Origin: Gnetum montanum
Taxonomy: Eukaryota; Plantae; Gnetophyta
DNA length: 64,000 bases
Assembly: GCA_015680685.1 (NCBI GenBank)
Contig: MNCI01003051.1
Span: 62,001-126,000 of the forward strand
Reading direction: 5' to 3'
Shown one piece after another: positions 61,100 through 64,000 of this stretch (the first letter of the stretch is position 1; every line of letters starts with the position of its first letter). Below the pieces are notes generated by a model that made no database searches, was not told the origin of the DNA, and saw only the letters and a list, made by a program, of their open reading frames with translations. The translations under genes were made by a program, and so were the position numbers.

Positions 61100-64000
61100 T
61101 TTTACAAAATAAAAAAATCAAAGAAATTTATATCTTAGCAAATACATGTTCAATAGTCAATTTCCTATTAATTCTTGTACAACTCTTGAATAGGACATGG
61201 AGACTTCTTATGAGAATGTTCGTTTCATTAACATGAGGAGGAATTGCTTCCCTCTACCCAATGTTCACACTCTCGTGGAATTTCCAAGGTCTTACTAATG
61301 AAACTTGTTGGTAATTTTATTTACAAAGCACATTTATCTCTTGATTTTATTCTTCTTAAATATATTAAAATTTCCAATTCAAATATATTTGTGATTAGTA
61401 ATAGCATTTTTCATAATTTACTATGTTATTTACTAAAAATAATACAAGTCGAGGTGATGTAGATCTTATTATCAATACCTTTTGGGCTAATAAAATTATC
61501 TCATCAAGAAAAAATAATTTTGTAGCCTAGGTAGTTCTTCAAGATGCTTTAGATCCTTTTGGTATTTACAACATTTATGTTCTTACTAATTCTATAGATA
61601 GAATTACTCTGTAGCAATCTTTTCTTCAAAGTTTATTAAAAATTCCTTGGATTTTTATATTCATTTTAATATATTGAAAAATTCTTATGGTAAAACTACT
61701 AGAGCTTCTTCTTAGCTTACAGGTCATAAGCTCTTTGTTTGAATGGTCATACGGAAAAATTTTGTTTAGTTGATGCAAATGGTTTTATGCTCATTGTGAT
61801 GTTTGGTTGATGTTGTCTAACTTTCAAGAGAGTATCAGCCAAATCATTGAAATAATTAATCAATTCTATTTTTCTAATTATTCCTTGATTTGTGATGGAA
61901 ATGTTAAAATCCACAAAGATGCAATACTATTAGACCATTTTTCCATTTCTCTTAATTTAGAATTTGGTTTTAAAATGTAATTCAACATTATGAGATTTTT
62001 CATATGAATGCATCTTTTCTACTTTCTCCATCTAGAAAATATATTTTGAGATCTTAAAAAAATGCTAAAATAAGACCTCATGGTAATTCTAGTTGGATTA
62101 ATTGATGGTTATGTGCCACACATTATGTTAGAAATTTTTCTTACTAGTTAAGTATGCAATTTGCCAGGAGACAAAAGGAGATTGATAAATAAATTTGTAA
62201 TCATAACACATCAACGTTATTCTTGAAAATGATTCCTTCAATACTAATCATTTCAAACAAAAATTTTCATTAAGAGTCATCTTTCTTGTTTGAAATTGGA
62301 GGAAAATCATATATAAATTATTTAAATTTTTGAAAGATAAATATAGTTAAAGTTACAAGAAAAACCTACTTTTGATTCTCTTATTATCAATGGTTTTCTT
62401 AATAGACATTTTCATTATATATTTTTGCATATAAATTTGATCAAAAGGATTTCTTTCTAACTTAAATCATTTTTCAAACATTTTTCTTAAATTTCATATT
62501 TATCTGCTTAAGCAATATATCTCTCTTAGTAAAATAAAGATGTAGTGTTTAGCTTGGCCAATGATAAAACTCCAAGTTTTGATGGAATTTCCACTGATTT
62601 TTTTGAAAATTATTGAGATGATATTAGTATGGACCTTTTTTTATATTTTAATGAAGCTATTAAATAGTGTTTACTCAATCAAGAGTTGGATAAATTAGTC
62701 ATCAAAATTATTCTTAAGGAAGACAATCTTTCCTAGATTACTAATTAGCATCCTGTTACTCTTTTGAATTCTATTTATAAACTTTTGGTAAAATGTCTTG
62801 TGCAAAGATTAAAACCAATTATTTATTAATTAATTACTCTAGTGAAAATTCACTTTGTTCAAGGTAAATATATCTTGGATGATGTTATTACTGCTCAAGA
62901 GATATATGTAAATAGGTTAAGGATTCTAATCAAGACGTTGCATTTTTATAGCTTGATTATACTAAACCTTATGATGATTGAATGATTTTTATTACTTGTC
63001 TTTATAAATATTGTTTTAAAGATAAATTTATTGGAACAACTAAGACTCTTTTAGTTGAAGCTAATGTGTGTGTGACTTCAATTGGCAACATTACTAACAG
63101 TTTTAAACTTAAACACTAAATCATGCAAGATTGTTTGATTGCACCTTGTCCCTTCATATTTGATTCAAATTTTCAATGTCATGTTATTTAAATGGATCAA
63201 AAATTTAATTTCATTTCAAAATATTTATTAAAAATGATGGGCCTATATTATTAAATATGCAGTTTTTCGTATGATTCTTTTTTATGATAAGAAATTTTAA
63301 AAACTATTACAAATTATCTTTATATCATATTGATCAATATTAAAAACTATATGAGGATCTTGGATTATTTAGAAACAATATTCTATTTTTAGTAATAAGA
63401 GGTTCCAAGATAGAGCTTTTCAAAATTTTGACATTATCTAGAAAAAAATGTTTTCAAGTTATTAGACATTCCTTTATTCTTTGTTGGATCATCAAAAACT
63501 TTATGTGATGTTACAATTAGTAAAGATTGAAGAAAAGCTTTATAAATAAAAACTATCTTAGGACCTTGGATTAATTAAAAAAAATCTTCTATTTTTTGTA
63601 ATAAGAGGTTCTAAGATAGAGCTTTTCAAAATCTTGACATTATCTAGAAAAAATTGTTTTCAAGTTATTAGACATTCCTTTCTTCTTTGTTGGATCATCA
63701 AAAAATTTATGTGATGTTACAATTAGTAATGATTGAAGAAAAATTTTATAAATAGAAGGATAAAAATCTTTTAATAACTATAAAGTTTAATATTTATATC
63801 TTCCAAGCAACTCATATGTACTATTACTCAAGTTGGGCTCATAGTATTATTGTGTATCATTACATTAAACTTGAGCAAAATTTCTTTTGGATTAGTAGCC
63901 CTTCTAGAAAGAGCTTTTGTCATGTTACCTCTGATATTTACACTTCTCATAAAGAGGATGATGGCTTAGGCTTGATAAATTATTATAAGAAAAATATCAT
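61100..64000 (+). mobile_element. Decayed L1/Tx1-like LINE (ORF1 zinc-knuckle remnant, endonuclease remnant, RT); runs off the window end
   Basis: 'NDKTPSFDGISTDFF' (KSPGPDG motif, ~62560), 'N*HPVTLLNSIYKLLVK' (NWRPI), 'FVQGKYILDDVI', 'LDYTKPYD', 'MQDCLIAP'; ~207-bp tandem duplication at ~63360-63750; 5' boundary approximate. Confidence 0.8.

Overview
AT-rich land-plant nuclear DNA made mostly of decayed transposons. The plant assignment rests on a canonical miR156 and on Athila/Tat Gypsy, Copia, LINE and CACTA remnants. 1-2367 is the 3' end of an Athila-like LTR element. 3050-30028 is a second Athila-like element (+ strand, TSD CTTCT, tRNA-Asp PBS). A Tat/Ogre-like Gypsy element (11665-26861, - strand, TSD AAGAT, order RT-RH-aRH-INT) has inserted into it. 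The most unusual object lies inside this Tat-like element. A 5.73-kb segment between protease and RT (18508-24238) is bounded by a 10-bp direct repeat that supplies phase-0 GT/AG splice sites, and removing it restores the gag-pol frame. The segment carries an antisense gene of at least 7 exons (about 1,050 codons, now decayed). By eye this gene encodes an FCP1/NIF-like HAD pseudo-phosphatase domain, a plant-transposon accessory domain and a coiled coil, and related tandem arrays flank it. 30-40.3 kb is stacked LINE debris. About 40.4-47 kb is a CpG-retaining, almost TE-free island containing a MIR156 gene (mature 44476-44495) with TATA/Inr, a downstream intron, a candidate miPEP ORF, and GTAC and RY motifs. 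47-64 kb holds a SINE, a Copia RT remnant, a CACTA end, many short tandem duplications and an L1-like LINE. No intact host protein-coding gene was found. Domain calls come from manual motif recognition, not database searches.
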